DNA from: Malacoraja senta
Taxonomy: Eukaryota
Direction: 5' to 3'
Assembly (NCBI GenBank): GCA_038087875.1
Contig: CM075987.1
Location: forward strand, 24,430,001 to 24,494,000
Length of the DNA: 64,000 nucleotides
The translations under genes and the position numbers were made by a program. Under the pieces are notes generated by a model. The model had not been told where the DNA came from. It saw only the letters and a list, made by a program, of their open reading frames with translations, and made no database searches. This document shows, piece after piece, positions 50,866-64,000 of this stretch; within the stretch, counting starts at the first letter, position 1, and each line of letters begins with the position of its first letter.

Positions 50866-51059
50866 TTTCTTTAACAGTTCAGATGAGAATAGTAAAAGAA
50901 AGTTATTGTGGCAATGCAAGGGAACGTTCGGCTTTGCCGGGCTCAATTGAACTTTAGGATTGGCGAGAGGGTTATTTTTGTGTGCTGTGAACTGCAAGGT
51001 GAATGCAGCAAAAAATGAAATATGTTCTGTGCCATTGTCACGTAGAACTTAAAGAACAA

Positions 51060-51355
51060 TGGGCGTCACGGCGGCGCAGCGGTAGAGTTGCTGCCTCACA
51101 GCGCCAGGGACCCGGGTTCCATCCTGACTGCGGGTGCTGTCTGTACGGAGTTTGTACGTTCTCCCCCGTGTTCTCTCCGGTTTCCTCCCACACTCCAGAG
51201 ACGCACGGGTTGGTAGGTTAATCGGCATGGCATAATTGTAAAAAATGTCTCGGGTGTGTAGGATAGCGTTAGTGTGCGGGGATCGCTGTTCGGCGCGGAA
51301 TGGGTGGGCCGAAGGGCCTGTTTCCACGCTGTACCTCTAAATTAAACGAAGTTAA
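51060..51355 (+). mobile_element. HE1-like SINE
   Basis: Full length. Confidence 0.92.
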
Positions 51356-51359
51356 ACAA

Positions 51360-51740
51360 TAGAGCACTGGAACGGGCCCTTCGGCCCACAATGTGTGTGC
51401 GTGTGCCAGACATGATGCTGGGTTAAATTTATTTCATCCTGCCTGTACATCATCCATATCTCTCTATACCCTGCACTTCCATGTGCCTATCCAAAAGCCT
51501 CTAAAATACCACTATTATATTATTATCTGCTACCACCACACCACACCAAACCCCCACCAGTCTCTGCGTGAATATTTGCTCTGAACATCGACATTAAACT
51601 TTCCCCCTCTCATCTTATTGCTGCGCCCTCTAGTGTTGGACACTTCCACCTCGGGAAAAAGACTCTGACTGTCTGCCTTATCCATGCCTCTCATTATTTT
51701 ATATACTTCAATCAAGTCACCCTTCCACCTCCGACGTTCC
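51360..51740 (-). mobile_element. Diverged CR1 3' end
   Basis: ERRRWKGDLIEVYKIMRGMDKADSQSLFP. Confidence 0.82.
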
Positions 51741-51909
51741 GTACTTGTAAGTGAAATGTTCTGCAAGTTCACTGAATGTAATGAAGAAATTAACTCTCTG
51801 TCTTGCTATGTCCAAGTGTGTTTTTCCACCAAGTCTGAAAAGAGCAGAGCAGTGAAGTCATATTATCAGTTTTGATGAGTTATATCTATTGTTTATCAGT
51901 TAATTAGTT

Positions 51910-52255
51910 CAGAAGTTCATAAGTGATAGGAGAAGAATTAGGCCATTCGGCCCATCAAGTCTACTCCGCCATTCAATCATGGCTGACCTATCGCTCCCTC
52001 CTCACCCCATTCTCCTGCCTTCTCCCCATAACCCTTGACACCGGTATTAATCAAGAATCTATCTATCGCTGCCTAAAAAGTAATCATTGAGTTGTCCTCC
52101 ACAGCCGTCTGTGGCAATGTATTCCATAGATTCACCACCCTCCGACTAAAGAAATTCCTCCTCATCTAATTCCTAAAGGAATGTCCTTTAATTCTGAGGA
52201 TATGACCTCTGGTCCTAGACTCTCCCACTAGTGGAAACATCCTCTCCACATCCAC
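51910..52255 (-). mobile_element. CR1 3' end
   Basis: Homologous to 14812-15140. Confidence 0.9.
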
Positions 52256-52743
52256 TAATGAAACCATGAAGTGTTTTTAGCTCAAGATTCCAGCACCTGC
52301 AGTTTCTTGTGTCTCCATTTAAAGAGTTAAGATTGGCTGTGATTTTACAGATTCCTCTCCCTCCTTTGTTTTCTTTAGAATTATTAGTCTTATTTAATTT
52401 TTTTTCCTCTAATCAACCATGTTTATCCATGTCAATACTGTAGAATATTACTGGTACTAAATCTGCACCACTATTTCCAGCAGTTTCTGCTTTTACTTGT
52501 AATCATATTCAACTCCACGAAACGACAATTTTCATGCACAAAGCATTGAAAAGTGTAAAACAAGGAAGCCGAGAGTAACAGAAACCTTTGTCGTAGTTAA
52601 TGAACATAAAAAACATGGACAAATGAATACAGCCAAGTAATTTCACTTCTAATTATGGTAAGTGCTGGCTGTACAAAAGTGGTATTATCTTCTTTGTAAA
52701 ATGACATATTGTAAAATGTCATACCTAAGACACACAGCAGAAG

Positions 52744-53078
52744 GTTTAGTTTAGTTTATTTTAGTTTAGGTAAGAGATACACTGTGGAAGCAGGCCATTT
52801 GGCCCATCAAGTCCATGCCAACCAACAGTCACCTGTGCACTAGTCTGTGCTATCCCACTTTTGCATCCTACGCCCCAGGGGCATTTTACAGAAAGCCAAT
52901 TAACCGACAAACCCACACGTCTTCGGAGTGCGGGAGGAAACCGGAGCATCCGGAGAAATCCCTTGCGGTTACGGGGAGAACGTTCAAACTCTACACAGAC
53001 AGTACCCGTAGTCAGGATCGAACCGGGGTCTCTGGCCTTGTGAGGCAGCAACTCTACGGCTGCGCCACCGTGCCACCC
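52744..53078 (-). mobile_element. HE1-like SINE
   Basis: Full layout. Confidence 0.9.
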
Positions 53079-53604
53079 CACTTGCTTCATTCTTGTTGCC
53101 TCACAGCAAGGGGGTGCTAGAGTTTTGGAAACACCTTTTCCCCAGTTAAAATATTGATTATTAATGGCTTTTTTAATGGAGTTTTAGTAAGTAAATAATG
53201 TGGTAGACACTGGTTTGGGTGGAGTGCTTCATCCGACTCATCGAATCAGGAAGATGGGTGACATAAGGATCAGGAATGGGAGTTGGCAAAATAGCCAGCA
53301 TCAAGCCCCTGTCATTATCCCTGTCTCTGAATGTCACATAAAGGGATTGAAGTCCAATTTGGAAGTGGATTGAAGTTGGAATGGTTCACATCAGCTCAAC
53401 TTTGTTACTTATTTAATAGAGACACTGTGTGATTTTAAAACATTTTGGGATTAATCAATAGTTGAACAATATTGCCATTGGAGGTTCATCAGACATTCAA
53501 GTCCGATGCCACATAAACAGAGGGATAGAGAATTAAGCTGTTTAGAGAACTCGAATAAACAGCTCCAAAGAGGTTTGTCAGAGGAAAGTGGAACTTTTGG
53601 CCCT

Positions 53605-53842
53605 GTTTTAGTTTAGTATAGAGATGCAGTATGAAAACAGGGCCTTCGGCCCACCGAGACCGCACTGACCAGGATCACCTGTGCATTAATTCTGTCTTAC
53701 ACACACGAGGGACAATTTACAGAAGGCAGTTAACCTATAAACCTACATGCCTTTGGGTTGCAGGAGGAAACTGGAGCACCCGCAGAAAACCCATGTGGTC
53801 ACGGGGAGAACATGCAAACTCCATATAGACGGCACCCGAGGT
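53605..53842 (-). mobile_element. HE1-like SINE (5'-truncated)
   Basis: Tail and central domain. Confidence 0.85.
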
Positions 53843-53997
53843 GTCCTTTTGAGCTCGGTAAATGTTTCCTTGTGAAGATGATCGAGTTGCTGTTGAGTTG
53901 ATCTCATGTAGAATGGACCTGGGGAAAGCGGCAGGTCAAACATTACAAAACCCTGATGGATGATCATCAAAATAACCTAGTCTTGTTGACGGATTAG

Positions 53998-54335
53998 ATA
54001 TAGAATCATTGAGTCGGACAGCACAGAAACAGGCCCTTCTGCCCAACGTGCCCATGTTGACCAATTTGTTCCATCTTCACCTGTCCAAGTTTGTCCCATA
54101 TCCCTTTGAACCTTTCCACTCCATGTACCTGTCCAATATCTTTTATATGTTGTTATAGTTCTTGCCTCAACTATCTCCTCTGGCAGCTTGTTCCGTATAC
54201 CCAATCCACGCTGTGTGAACAAATTGCCCCTCAGGTTCCTGTTTCCCTCTCAACTTCAACCCATGTCCCCTGGTTCTTGATTTACCTACTTTGGGTAAAA
54301 TAATCTGTGCATTCACCTTAACTATTCCCCTCATG
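53998..54335 (-). mobile_element. CR1/HER1-like 3' end
   Basis: FTQRGLGIRNKLPEEIVEA. Confidence 0.85.
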
Positions 54336-54399
54336 ATCTTATGATCTGTGTATTTAAACAGATGAAGGTCAAAATGAACAAATGCCAAATAAGGCAACA

Positions 54400-54595
54400 G
54401 AGGCCAAGTCAGTGGATATATTTAAGGCAGAGATAGATAGATTCTTGATTAGTACAGGTGTCAGGGGTTATGGGGAAAAGGCAGGAGAATGGGGTTAGGA
54501 GGGAGAGATAGATCAGCCAGGATTGAATGGCAGAGTAGACTTGATGGGCCAAATGGCCTAATTCTACTCCGATTCCTTACGACCTTATGACCTTA
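54400..54595 (+). mobile_element. CR1 3' end
   Basis: gaggccaagtcagtggatat...(ccttatga)n. Confidence 0.87.
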
Positions 54596-55013
54596 AGTTG
54601 AGTAGGTGGTGGGTGAAGGACGGGAGAATCTAACATCATGTATATCTTCAGTGAAAAGGAGTGCTTCTCTCTTGCTGAAGGTTAAATCCAAGGGAAGTTA
54701 TAACTCATCTACAATCTGATATCAAGGCAATAGATGGTGGGCTCAGTGAAAGTGGCCAAGTCAGGAGGATTGGTCGTGGTGGGGCTGAAGCAAAATCAGA
54801 CATAATACATTAATTGGAGTCATGTGTTTTAAAGAAGAGATATTCTTAACTTCGAGAAAAAAATACTCGGAGACATTATTGGTTAGAAAGCTCGAACAAA
54901 CACAAGCGATGTTCCCTATACTTATGAGAATACCTTTTTGTCTTGTCAAGAGTACAGTGATTGGGTTCAGCATGAATTATTTGAAATGTCTCACACTTTT
55001 ATACATTAAACGG

Positions 55014-55562
55014 GGGGCAGGGTTGGCGCAGCGGTGGAGTTGCTGCCTTACAGCGCCAGAGACCCGGGTTCGAGCCTGACTACGGGTGCTAGTCTGTACG
55101 GAGTTTTTTACATTCTCCCCGCGACCTGCTGAGTTTTCTCCGGGTGCTCCACTCAGTCAAACTCTGCCGACGTGGCCTTAAAGTCTGCACGGGAAAAATA
55201 TTGTGCCCATTGTCGGGGGATTTTTAAACAGTTGCCTCCAGGTCCAGAAACCTCCAGTAGCGACTGCCGTTCATCATCACCGTCTTGAGAAGTCTAGTTG
55301 TCATATCAACAGCAAAGGGCGGCTCACTGGTGCAACAGGTAGGGCTGCTGCCTCATAACGCCAAAGACCCAGGTTAGATCCAGTTCTCGGGTGCTGTCTA
55401 TGTGGGGTTCGAGGTTAATTGGCTTCTGTAAATTTTCCCTGGCGTGAAGGAAATGGATGAGAAGTTGGGATAACATCAAACTAACATGAGTGGGTAATCA
55501 ATGGTCGGCAGAAACTCGGTGAGCCTGACCTGGTTCCATGCTATATCTCCAAACTAACCTAA
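55014..55562 (+). mobile_element. Two HE1-like SINE pieces (55014-55150 and 55317-55562)
   Basis: A/B box heads; the second piece has a tail. Confidence 0.8.
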
Positions 55563-55710
55563 AGTTGCAGGGATAAAAGATGAAGCTTTTTTCTTCATTT
55601 CCTTTCGCTGGTTTTTAATTTGAAAAATAAAATCTGAACTTGAAAGCGTGAGATCGGAAAAGGAAAAAAATTGATAGAAGTCAACCAATTTTTATTTTAA
55701 AAAGGAATAT

Positions 55711-56010
55711 AGTTTAGTTTAGAGATACAGCGCGGAAACAGGCCCTTCAGCACGCTGAGTCCGCACCGACCAGTGATCCCCGCGCATTAACACTACCCTA
55801 CACACACGAGGGACAGTTTTACATTTATGCCAAGCCAATTAACCTGTAAGTCTTTGTAGTGTGGGAGGAAACCAAAGATCCCAGAGAAAACCCACACAGG
55901 TCACGGGGAGAACGTACAAACCTCGTGCAGTGAAGGACCCGTAGTCAGGATCAGAATCTGGGTCTCTGGCGTAGTAAGGCAGCAACTCGGCCGCTGCGCT
56001 ACCATGCTGC
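55711..56010 (-). mobile_element. HE1-like SINE
   Basis: Full layout. Confidence 0.9.
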
Positions 56011-56089
56011 CAGTGAGGCAAAATGCTGTTTGCTTGCAACAGAGGTGACGTTTATCATTTGATGCGATTTTTAGTCACATTGAATTCTT

Positions 56090-56424
56090 TTTTTTTCTTC
56101 TTTTTTTTTTCTTCTTTTTTTTTAATTAGAAGTACAATTGTATACAATCATATTTTCATAATACATTTTATGTACAGCTTCTTGTTTTTTTAATTTTGTA
56201 ATAAAGAAGAAAAAGAAAAAGAAGTTAGATAATGAAGAATAGAAAAAATGTGAGATATATAGTGTGTGAAAAAGAAAAATAGAGAGTGAAAAAAGAAAGT
56301 TAAGAAATAGAAAATAGAAGAAAAAGAGTAAAAGAAGAAAAGAGAAGAAAAAGAAAAAAGAAGTGAGGAGATCGTATTTATCATCTTGACCATTCCTCAC
56401 CCAGTCACGGATTAGCTTTTACAC
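56090..56424 (-). mobile_element. L1-clade 3' UTR with poly(A)
   Basis: Poly(T), ttagaagtaca (as the gtacttctaa end of the 25141 element), purine-rich body; 17-bp TSD agtc(a/g)cattg(a/g)attctt at 56073-56089 and 56425-56441. Confidence 0.82.
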
Positions 56425-56639
56425 AGTCGCATTGGATTCTTGAGAACGGATGAGAGACAAACAAGAGAGTTTGCTTAAGTTCAAGAAAACAGAAATGAAA
56501 CTTGATGACCAAGAGGGAGGTACAATTACTGGAGAGATGGTTCAGCATCTGCTCCTACCCGCGGTGCCAGGAAATTCCAAATGTAGAGTGCCCAGAGAAG
56601 CTAGGATAGTTTCTCCTTGGAACAAAGAAGGTGATAGTC

Positions 56640-56930
56640 TAGCTTAGTTTAGAGATATGGCGCGGAAACAGGCCCTTCGGCCCAGCGAGTCCACCAGTGA
56701 TCCCCAACACACTAACACTACCTTACACACATTGGGGACAATTTTACTTTTACCAAGCCACTTAACCTACAAACTGTATGACTTTGGCGTGTGGGAGATC
56801 TTGGAGAAAACGCACTGCGGTCACGGGGAGAACGTCCAAACTCCGTGCAGACATACACCCATAGTCAGGATTGAACCCAGGTCCCTGGCGCTGTAAGGCA
56901 GCAGCTCTACCCCCATGTCACCATGCCAGC
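56640..56930 (-). mobile_element. HE1-like SINE
   Basis: Full layout. Confidence 0.87.
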
Positions 56931-56974
56931 CTGATGTTAGACCAAACTCTCTATGGTCTAACTAGGATGGTGGC

Positions 56975-57095
56975 AGGGGTTACGGGAAGAAGGCAGGAGA
57001 ATGGGGTTGAGAAGAATACACAGATCAGCCATGATTGAATAGCAGAGTAGACTTGATGGGCCGAATGGGCTAATTCTGCTGCTATAACTTATGAA
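56975..57095 (+). mobile_element. CR1 3' UTR fragment
   Basis: gaaggcaggagaatggggttgag...cttatgaa. Confidence 0.8.
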
Positions 57096-57673
57096 TAAAA
57101 ATACTCTAATCAATAGCTAACAGATCAGCCCATAACTACATATGAATGTGACTCTAAATGGGTCTCACTGCTGCTTGTTGTAATTAGAGCTACATTTCAA
57201 ATCCACATTTCAGGAAGCAGAAATGTCAATTTTGATAATATTAACTTTTATTGCAATATTCACCGCCTCAAAAAATGCATGGTTAGATGCTAAACAAACT
57301 CAGTGACAAGAAAATATGTGAATGGTACACAAATGTGTCTCAGACAGCTCCAGCCTGTAATTTCCAACGTTAATCTCTGACAGCTGGATTGCGGAGATGG
57401 GAGTGATATTCTTCAGAATATAAAAGATGCTCTCATGTGCATTTGGCATAAAGCAAGTCATGGAAGTACTATTCCCAAGTGGAACCAATCTGTGTGCCGA
57501 AAGCAACAGGGGAAATTATAGGCTGAGAAAAGACTCTTCAATCTATCTGACCAACCCTCCATTAATCCTCTGTGTCCAATCCCATTGCCAAGCCAATTCT
57601 GCATCAATGTTTCCTCACTATCTGCATCCTCAGCAATATTCTCTCCACTGAAGTTGTTAACTGCAACGTGTTA

Positions 57674-57993
57674 AAGCCCTGTCCCATGGTGCGAGTTCAT
57701 TCCAAGAGCTCTCCCGAGTTTGCCCTGATTCGAACTCAGAGATTTACGGTAATGGCCACTCGTCGGTACTCGGGGCTCTCGTGGACATTTTTCATCGTGT
57801 TGAAAAATCTTCACGAGTCTTCCCGTGCTTACCTGCCGTTAGCGAGTCTTCCCGAGTACCTGCCGTTAGCGCTAAGAGACGTCCCCGAGCTCCGACGTAC
57901 CCGCTACGTTCATTCTCCGTGCTTACCATGAGTTTGATTTTTTTTTTACTCGGGAGAGCTCTTGGAATGAACTCGTACCGTGGGACAGGACTT
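57674..57993. mobile_element. Harbinger MITE
   Basis: TIRs aagccctgtcccatggtgcgagttcattccaagagctctcccgagt and inverse; perfect TTA TSD. Confidence 0.93.
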
Positions 57994-58054
57994 TTAGGGA
58001 AAAACAGGCCCGAAATTCTGCACTTTATAAAGTGGATTAAAATTGTGTAAAACT

Positions 58055-58518
58055 CCCCCTATCCTAGTTCTCCGACCAATCTGACTGTCCGCCTGATTAA
58101 ATGTTATCTTTATATGCCTCGTTGTCACCTTCCCCGAGCTAACAATGATCTATTCTGCATTTTTCTTGATCTTCATTCCCTTTGATATCTCGTTATCACA
58201 CCTTACTCTTCCCTATCTCTGTGTCTCCTTCTCCCCCTGACTGAAGAAGGGTCTCGACCCACAACGTCACCCATTCCTTCTCTCCAGAGATGCTGCCTGT
58301 CCCGCTGAGTTACTCCAGCATTTTGTGTCTATCTTTGAACCAAGTCGGTATCGTGCAAGATCACGCGGGAACAATTCTCTAACATTTATGTTTAAGAAGG
58401 AACTGCAGATGCTGGAAAATCGAAGGTAAACAAAAATGCTGGAGAAACTCAGCGGGTGCAGCAGCATCTATGGAGCGAAGGAGATAGGCAACGTTTCGGG
58501 CCGAACCCTTCTTCAGAC
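58055..58518. mobile_element. Penelope 3' end (+, 58055-58335) and terminal-repeat copy (-, 58390-58518)
   Basis: Homology to 29640-29892 and 9212-9340. Confidence 0.85.
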
Positions 58519-59132
58519 TTTTTCTAACATTTATGGTGCACCTTGTGATTCATGAATCCCAGGCCTTCTGCCACGATGAACAGCAACTCCCCTGCATGGG
58601 GGCATCTGTTGAAGAGATGGTTTCTGAACTGTGCTTTAATAGCAGGGACAGCTTAGGGCATATTTACCCTCCAGTGAAGATTGGTTGCAGGGAACAGGTA
58701 CCAGATATTTCCAATAGCCAATAAGACATTGTTACCCACGCAAGTGAGAGCTGAGGGATTGCCCTGGTTTAGGCCTAGGCATTTTTTCGAGGATGGAGGA
58801 CATTTTGATTGTGTGCGAAGATTTGGGGCGGCACAGTGGCGCATCGGTAGAGTTGTTGCCTTGTAGCGCCAGACTACAGGTGCTGCCCATACAAGACTAT
58901 GTGAATGTTTGCATGTTTAGAGATACAATGCAGAAACAGGCGTTTCAGCCTCGGCACTGACCAGCGATCACCTCATACAATAATACTTGGTCCTTTGTTG
59001 CATCAATCAGGACACTTCCGATACTTCCTCTCAACTTTCATTGAAATGGCTTTCATGTCTCACTATTTTGTCTTCTGTCATCTACAGCTCCTGTTTGCCT
59101 ATAACTCGGTATGGCCTTAACAATCTATATTT

Positions 59133-59320
59133 GTAACTCAGCGGGACAGGCAGCATCTCTGGAGAGAAGGAATGGGTGATGTTTCGGGTCTGAAGAAGGG
59201 TCTCGACTCGAAATGTCACCCATTCCTTCTCTCCGGAGATGCTGCCTGTCCCGCTGAGTTACTCCTGCTTTTTGTATCTATCTTCGGTTTAAACCAGCAT
59301 CTGCAGTTCCTGCCTGCACA
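59133..59320. mobile_element. Inverted Penelope terminal-repeat pair
   Basis: Junction tttcgggt|ctgaagaagggtctcgactcgaaatgtcaccc. Confidence 0.87.
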
Positions 59321-59485
59321 ATCTGTATTTGTTTCTCACCTTATCATTTGATCAGGGGGCTTGTTTACATTTATCTGCAAATGATGGCACAGCACATATA
59401 ATGTAAATAAATGAACAATGGATCATAATCTCGTCCCATTATTTCTTGCATTGCTTGACTTGAAATAGATTTCTATGCAGAATTG

Positions 59486-59998
59486 GACGGTACGGTGGCG
59501 CAGCGGTAGGGTTGCAGCCTTAAGGGCCTGTCCCACTAGGGCGTCATTTGCGCGTCACGCAGGTGGCGCGCGAAGATTTTGAGAATCCCCAAATCCTGGG
59601 GTGCCGCGCGCAACACTGCCTACATCACCGTATGCGCACCGTGCGCTCATCATGTGTGCGTCGTGATGCGTAAATGATGTCGCGTAAATGATGCAAAAAT
59701 GACGTCCAAGTGGGACAGGCCCTTTACAGCTCTTACAGAGCCAGAGACCTGGGTTCAATCCAGACTACGAGTGCTGTCTGTACGGAGTTTGTACGTTTTC
59801 CCCGTGACCTGCGTGGGTTTTCTCCGAGATCTCCGGTTTACTCCCACACTCCAAAGGCGTCCAGCTTTGTATGATAACTGGCTTGGTAAAAATGTAAATT
59901 GTTCCTAATGGGTGTAGGGTGGTGTTAATGTGTGGGGATCGCTGGTCGATGGGCCGAAGGGCCTGTTTCCGCGCGGTATCTCTAACACCAAACTAAAC
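59486..59998 (+). mobile_element. HE1-like SINE split by a Harbinger MITE
   Basis: Head interrupted at gcagcctta|cagc. Confidence 0.9.
59523..59723. mobile_element. Harbinger MITE (201 bp)
   Basis: TIRs agggcctgtcccact / agtgggacaggccct; perfect TTA TSD. Confidence 0.92.
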
Positions 59999-60267
59999 TT
60001 CTTGCGAGAAGCCATGGAAATGTATACCTGGACCCGTGCCAATGGCGGATGCTGAATAGGTAGAAAATATGTTCTTGGAGCATTGAGCAAGGTGTATTTG
60101 GAAATACAGGATAGGAATTGAAATAAATCTCTTATAGAGATAATAATAATAGCACTGGAGCTAATTACCCTCCCACACGTGGGCTGACCTTCTCTAGAAA
60201 GCTGCAGTTTAGATTAGCAGAAAGTGTCAAGGATGGATGTCATTGCTCCGATCTGCAAAACAAATCT

Positions 60268-60642
60268 TTTAGACTTTAACTTTAGAGATTTTAGTATAGT
60301 TTAGTTTTGTTTTGTTTATTGTCACGTGTACCGAGGTGCAGTGAAATACAACACGGTAACAGGCCCTTCGTCCCACCGAGTCCACGCCGACCAGCGATCA
60401 ATGGCACACACTAACACTATCCTACACACACTAGGGACAATTTACAATTTTTACAGAAGCCAATTAACCTACGAACCTGCACGTCTTTGGAGTGTGCGAT
60501 GAAACCGGAGCTTCCTGGGAAAACCCACGCGGTCACGGGGAGAAAGTACAAACTCCGTACAGACAGCACCCGTAGTCAGGATCGAGACCCGGGTCTCTGG
60601 CGCTGTGAGGCAGCAGCTCCACCACTGCGCCACCGTGCCACC
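60268..60642 (-). mobile_element. HE1-like SINE with a short Rex1-like tail inserted at about 60291-60345
   Basis: Full SINE layout; tttattgtcacgtgtaccgagg insert. Confidence 0.88.
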
Positions 60643-60925
60643 TTCACTGATGGTAACATTGTCCTTTATTGAAGAAAATGAGTTATTTCTTCTGCATGCA
60701 ATATATTTTCAACAACTCTGTCATTTTATGTACCAGACCAGGAATACTTCTATTTTTCTCACATTAATAACTATGATATCTAAAATTAAATAAAATTAAA
60801 ATTAAATTAATAACTATGATATCTAAAATTAAACCAAAGTCATCAATTGTGAATGTTTGTTTGCAGTAGGAATATCACATTGCATCTTCCACACGTTGCC
60901 AATTTGAGCACACATGTCAAACCTG

Positions 60926-61137
60926 TGTAGAAACAAGGAACTGCAGATGCTGGACTAAGAGAAAGGACACAAAGTGCTGGAGGAACTCAACGGGTCAGGC
61001 AGCATCCATGGAGAACATGGATAGGTGACATTTTGGGTCGGGAAAATCTGAAGGAGGGTCCTGAACGGAAACGTCACCGATCCATGCTCTCCAGAGATGC
61101 TGCCTGACCCGCTGAGTTACTCCAGAACTTTGTGTCC
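60926..61137. mobile_element. Inverted Penelope terminal-repeat pair (diverged)
   Basis: 60965-61030 is complementary to 61070-61137. Confidence 0.8.
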
Positions 61138-61174
61138 AGTTATTGAACCCTCGGGACAAAACTAAACCCAAGAA

Positions 61175-61435
61175 GCCAGAGACCCGGGTTCAATCCTGAC
61201 CACGGGTGCTGCCTGTATGGAGTTTGAACGTTCTCCCCATGACCTGCGTGGGTTTTCCCCGAGATCTCTGGTTTCCTCCCACACTCCAAAGATGTACAGG
61301 TGTGTAGGTTAATTGGCTTGGTAAAATTGTAAAATGTCCCAAGTGTGTGTGTGTAGGATAGTGTTATTGTGCAGGGATCGCTGGACAGTGCGGACTCGGT
61401 GGGCTAAGGGGCCTGTTTCCGCATTGTATCTCTAT
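61175..61435 (+). mobile_element. HE1-like SINE
   Basis: B box onward. Confidence 0.88.
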
Positions 61436-61702
61436 TACTAATTTCTTTTTTTAAATCCTTAAGAATTGGGAGACTTCTATTCCCAATGCATTGCATTTTT
61501 GCTTTCATCAAATGTAACGTCTTAGTGAATATAAAACAATAGCAATTGAGACTAAGAAGCAACAATCAATTGGCGGAACTCTCCAACTACATTAAGCAGC
61601 ACCGAAACAAAGTGATTCAACTCAAATATGAGCTGGACCATCATAACAGTGGCAGCAAGGATTAAGAAATCTGGCACAGTTCACCAAGGGATCAGACGAA
61701 AT

Positions 61703-62333
61703 GTGCAGGAAGGACTGCAGATGCTGGTTTAAACCAAAGATAGACACAAAATACTGGAGTAACAGCAGGACAGGCAGCATCTCTGGAGAGAAGGAATAGG
61801 TGACGTTACGGGTCGAGACATATAAGAAACATATAAGATTGTTAAGGGTTTGGACACGCTAGAGGCAGGAAACATGTTCCCGATGTTGGGGGAGTCCAGG
61901 ACCAGGGGCCACAGTTTAAGAATAAGGAGTAAGCCATTTAGAACGGAGACAAGGAAACACTTTTTCTCACAGAGAGTGGTGAGTCTGTGGAATTCTCTGC
62001 CTCAGAGGGCGGTGGAGGCAGGTTCTCTGGATGCTTTCAAGAGAGAGCTAGATAGGGCTCTTAAAAATAGCGGAGTCAGGGGATATGGGGAGAAGGCAGG
62101 AACGGGGTACTGATTGGGGATGATCAACCATGATCACATTGAATGGCGGTGCTGGGTCGAAGGGCCGAATGGCCTACTCCTGCACCTATTGTCTATTGTC
62201 TATTGAGACCCTTCTTCAGACTGAAGAACTTCACTCAGTCTGCAGAAGGGGCTCGGCCCGAAACGTCGCCCATTCCTTCTCTCCAGAGATGCTGCCTGTC
62301 CCGCTGAGTTACTCCAGCGTGTTGTGTCTATCA
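61703..62333. mobile_element. Inverted Penelope terminal-repeat pair split by a CR1
   Basis: Minus copy 61703-61819 + 62205-62225; plus copy 62234-62333. Confidence 0.85.
61820..62204 (+). mobile_element. CR1 3' end
   Basis: LDTLEAGNMFPMLGESRTRG...; (ctattgt)n tail; gagac at both junctions. Confidence 0.93.
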
Positions 62334-63159
62334 CCAAGGGATCAGCTCCACCATATGAAAATCATAAACAATAGTGATTTTGAAGACTCCACGTACATTG
62401 TTTGACACCCGTTGCCAAATTAAACTAATCCACTCCCAACTAATCTGCAAGAGTTCAAAAAAGGCATTATTGATGTGAATGAACTAAAATCAGAAAATAA
62501 GGACACACAGATGTTGCAATGAAAGAATAGCAGATTGGAAACATTTGTTTTCATAGCCTTGACTTTTTGTATTAAGAACTTCAAGAAACAATTCTAAGGC
62601 CGGATAAGTTAAACAGGCAACATTTTATGAAGATCAAGTCTTATACGTAATATTTTACGTGAATAGGGAGATTATCAGTAAAAATACGTTCACACAACAT
62701 AACTCCCACTGAGAACATTACCACAATCTTGGCTCATTTCATTGCAGGGTCGATCCACGTCCCAATACAAAGTGAAATTCTGCAGGTGTCAGCTGTCTTA
62801 TTTATCACAATGGGGAGGACTATGTTAACAAAGAACTGCAGAGTGTAAATAATATTAAACGTAGATAACCAATCTACATTTTTTACAAACTACTTAGTGT
62901 GTACCAATTTTTCAAAGACACTCCGTAACAGCTCTGTAATTTAACCCTTAGGTTCAAGTCATGATGGTCATTGTTCCAACTGTGTTCACTGGTGTCCTTT
63001 AGCCAGGCCAGAGAGATTCATTTGGGAAGTCATGAAAGCTCCTCTGAAATTGGGGCCAATATTGTAGAAACTGATATTATCGTCAAATGTAATTGTTTGA
63101 CGATAATCGTTTGTCCGCTTGTTTGATCTTGAGCAGCAATATTGAGATGAAGGTACAAG

Positions 63160-63655
63160 GACAATAGACAATAGGTGCAGGAGTAGGCCAGTCGGCCCTT
63201 CGAGCCAGCAGCGCCATTCAATGTGATCATGGCTGATCATCCCCAATCAGTACCCCGTTCCTGCCTTCTCCCCATATCCCTTGACTCCGCTATCTTTAAA
63301 AGCCCTGTCTAGCTCTCTCTTGAAAGTATCCAGAGAACTGGCCTCCACCGCCCTCTGAGGCAGAGAATTCCACCGACTCAAAACTCTCTGTGTGAAAAAG
63401 TGTTTCCTCGTCTCCGTTCTAAATGGCTTACTCCTTATTCTTAAACTGTGGCCCCTGGTTCTGGACTCCCCCAACATCGGGAACATGTTTCCAAACCCTT
63501 AATAATCTTATATGTTTCAATAAGATGCCCTCTCATCCTTCTAAACTCCAGTGTATACAAGCCCAGCCGCTCCATTCTTTCAGCATATGACAAACCCGCC
63601 ATCCCGGGAATTAACCTTGTAAACCTACGCTGCATTCCTTCAATAGCAAGGACCT
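63160..63655 (-). mobile_element. CR1 3' end
   Basis: QRRFTRLIPGMAGLSYAERMERLGLYTLE...; (ctattgt)n tail. Confidence 0.93.
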
Positions 63656-63697
63656 GGAGATGCTGGAATTCTGGGCAAAATACAAGGTGCTGGAGGA

Positions 63698-63865
63698 TGG
63701 CACGGTGGCGCAGCCTTGCTGCCCTGCTGTGCCAGAGACCCGGGTTCGATCCTGACTACGGGTGCTTGTCTGTACGGAGTTCGTACGTTCTCCCCGTGAC
63801 CTGTGTAGGTTTTCTCCGGGATCTCCACACTCCAAAGGTACAGGTTTGTAGGTTAATTGGCTTGT
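63698..63865 (+). mobile_element. HE1-like SINE (3'-truncated)
   Basis: Head and central domain. Confidence 0.85.
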
Positions 63866-64000
63866 TACAAAAGGACTAATTGATCTTTTTTTTTAAAGGT
63901 TCAAGACGTTCAAATATTTGCCTGTATCCTGACAGTCACTGATAATTTCATTTGATAAGGTAAGAATGTTTTCTATGCCAACCCCACTCAAAAAGTGTGC

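Noticed and set aside
60764..60833. 27-bp direct repeat ttaataactatgatatctaaaattaaa
   Set aside because: Simple local AT-rich duplication with no further structure.

Overview
Non-coding, transposon-saturated vertebrate DNA. The repeat families (HE1-like V-SINEs, HER1/CR1 LINEs, a Deu-SINE fragment) point to a cartilaginous fish, probably a skate or ray; this is inferred by eye. I see no recognisable host exon, so the window is probably intronic or intergenic. It holds about 30 HE1-like SINE copies and more than 25 CR1 3' fragments, one with about 1.2 kb of RT. It also holds Rex1/Babar and L1 remnants, a 5'-truncated Penelope-like element (RT + GIY-YIG), and about 20 short Penelope-terminus copies carrying a minimal hammerhead-like motif. 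Eight PIF/Harbinger elements with TWA target duplications occur, one keeping transposase and Myb-like remnants, and there is a 2.4-kb (CA)n/GTT satellite. The most interesting signal is in the 3' UTR of an internally deleted HERO-like (R2-group) retrotransposon at 37287-37361. All hammerhead-ribozyme core nucleotides are present there, but in a non-canonical, pseudoknotted strand order joined by a kink-turn-like motif. This is an untested structural prediction. Repeat boundaries are approximate (about +/-10 nt) unless a TSD is cited.
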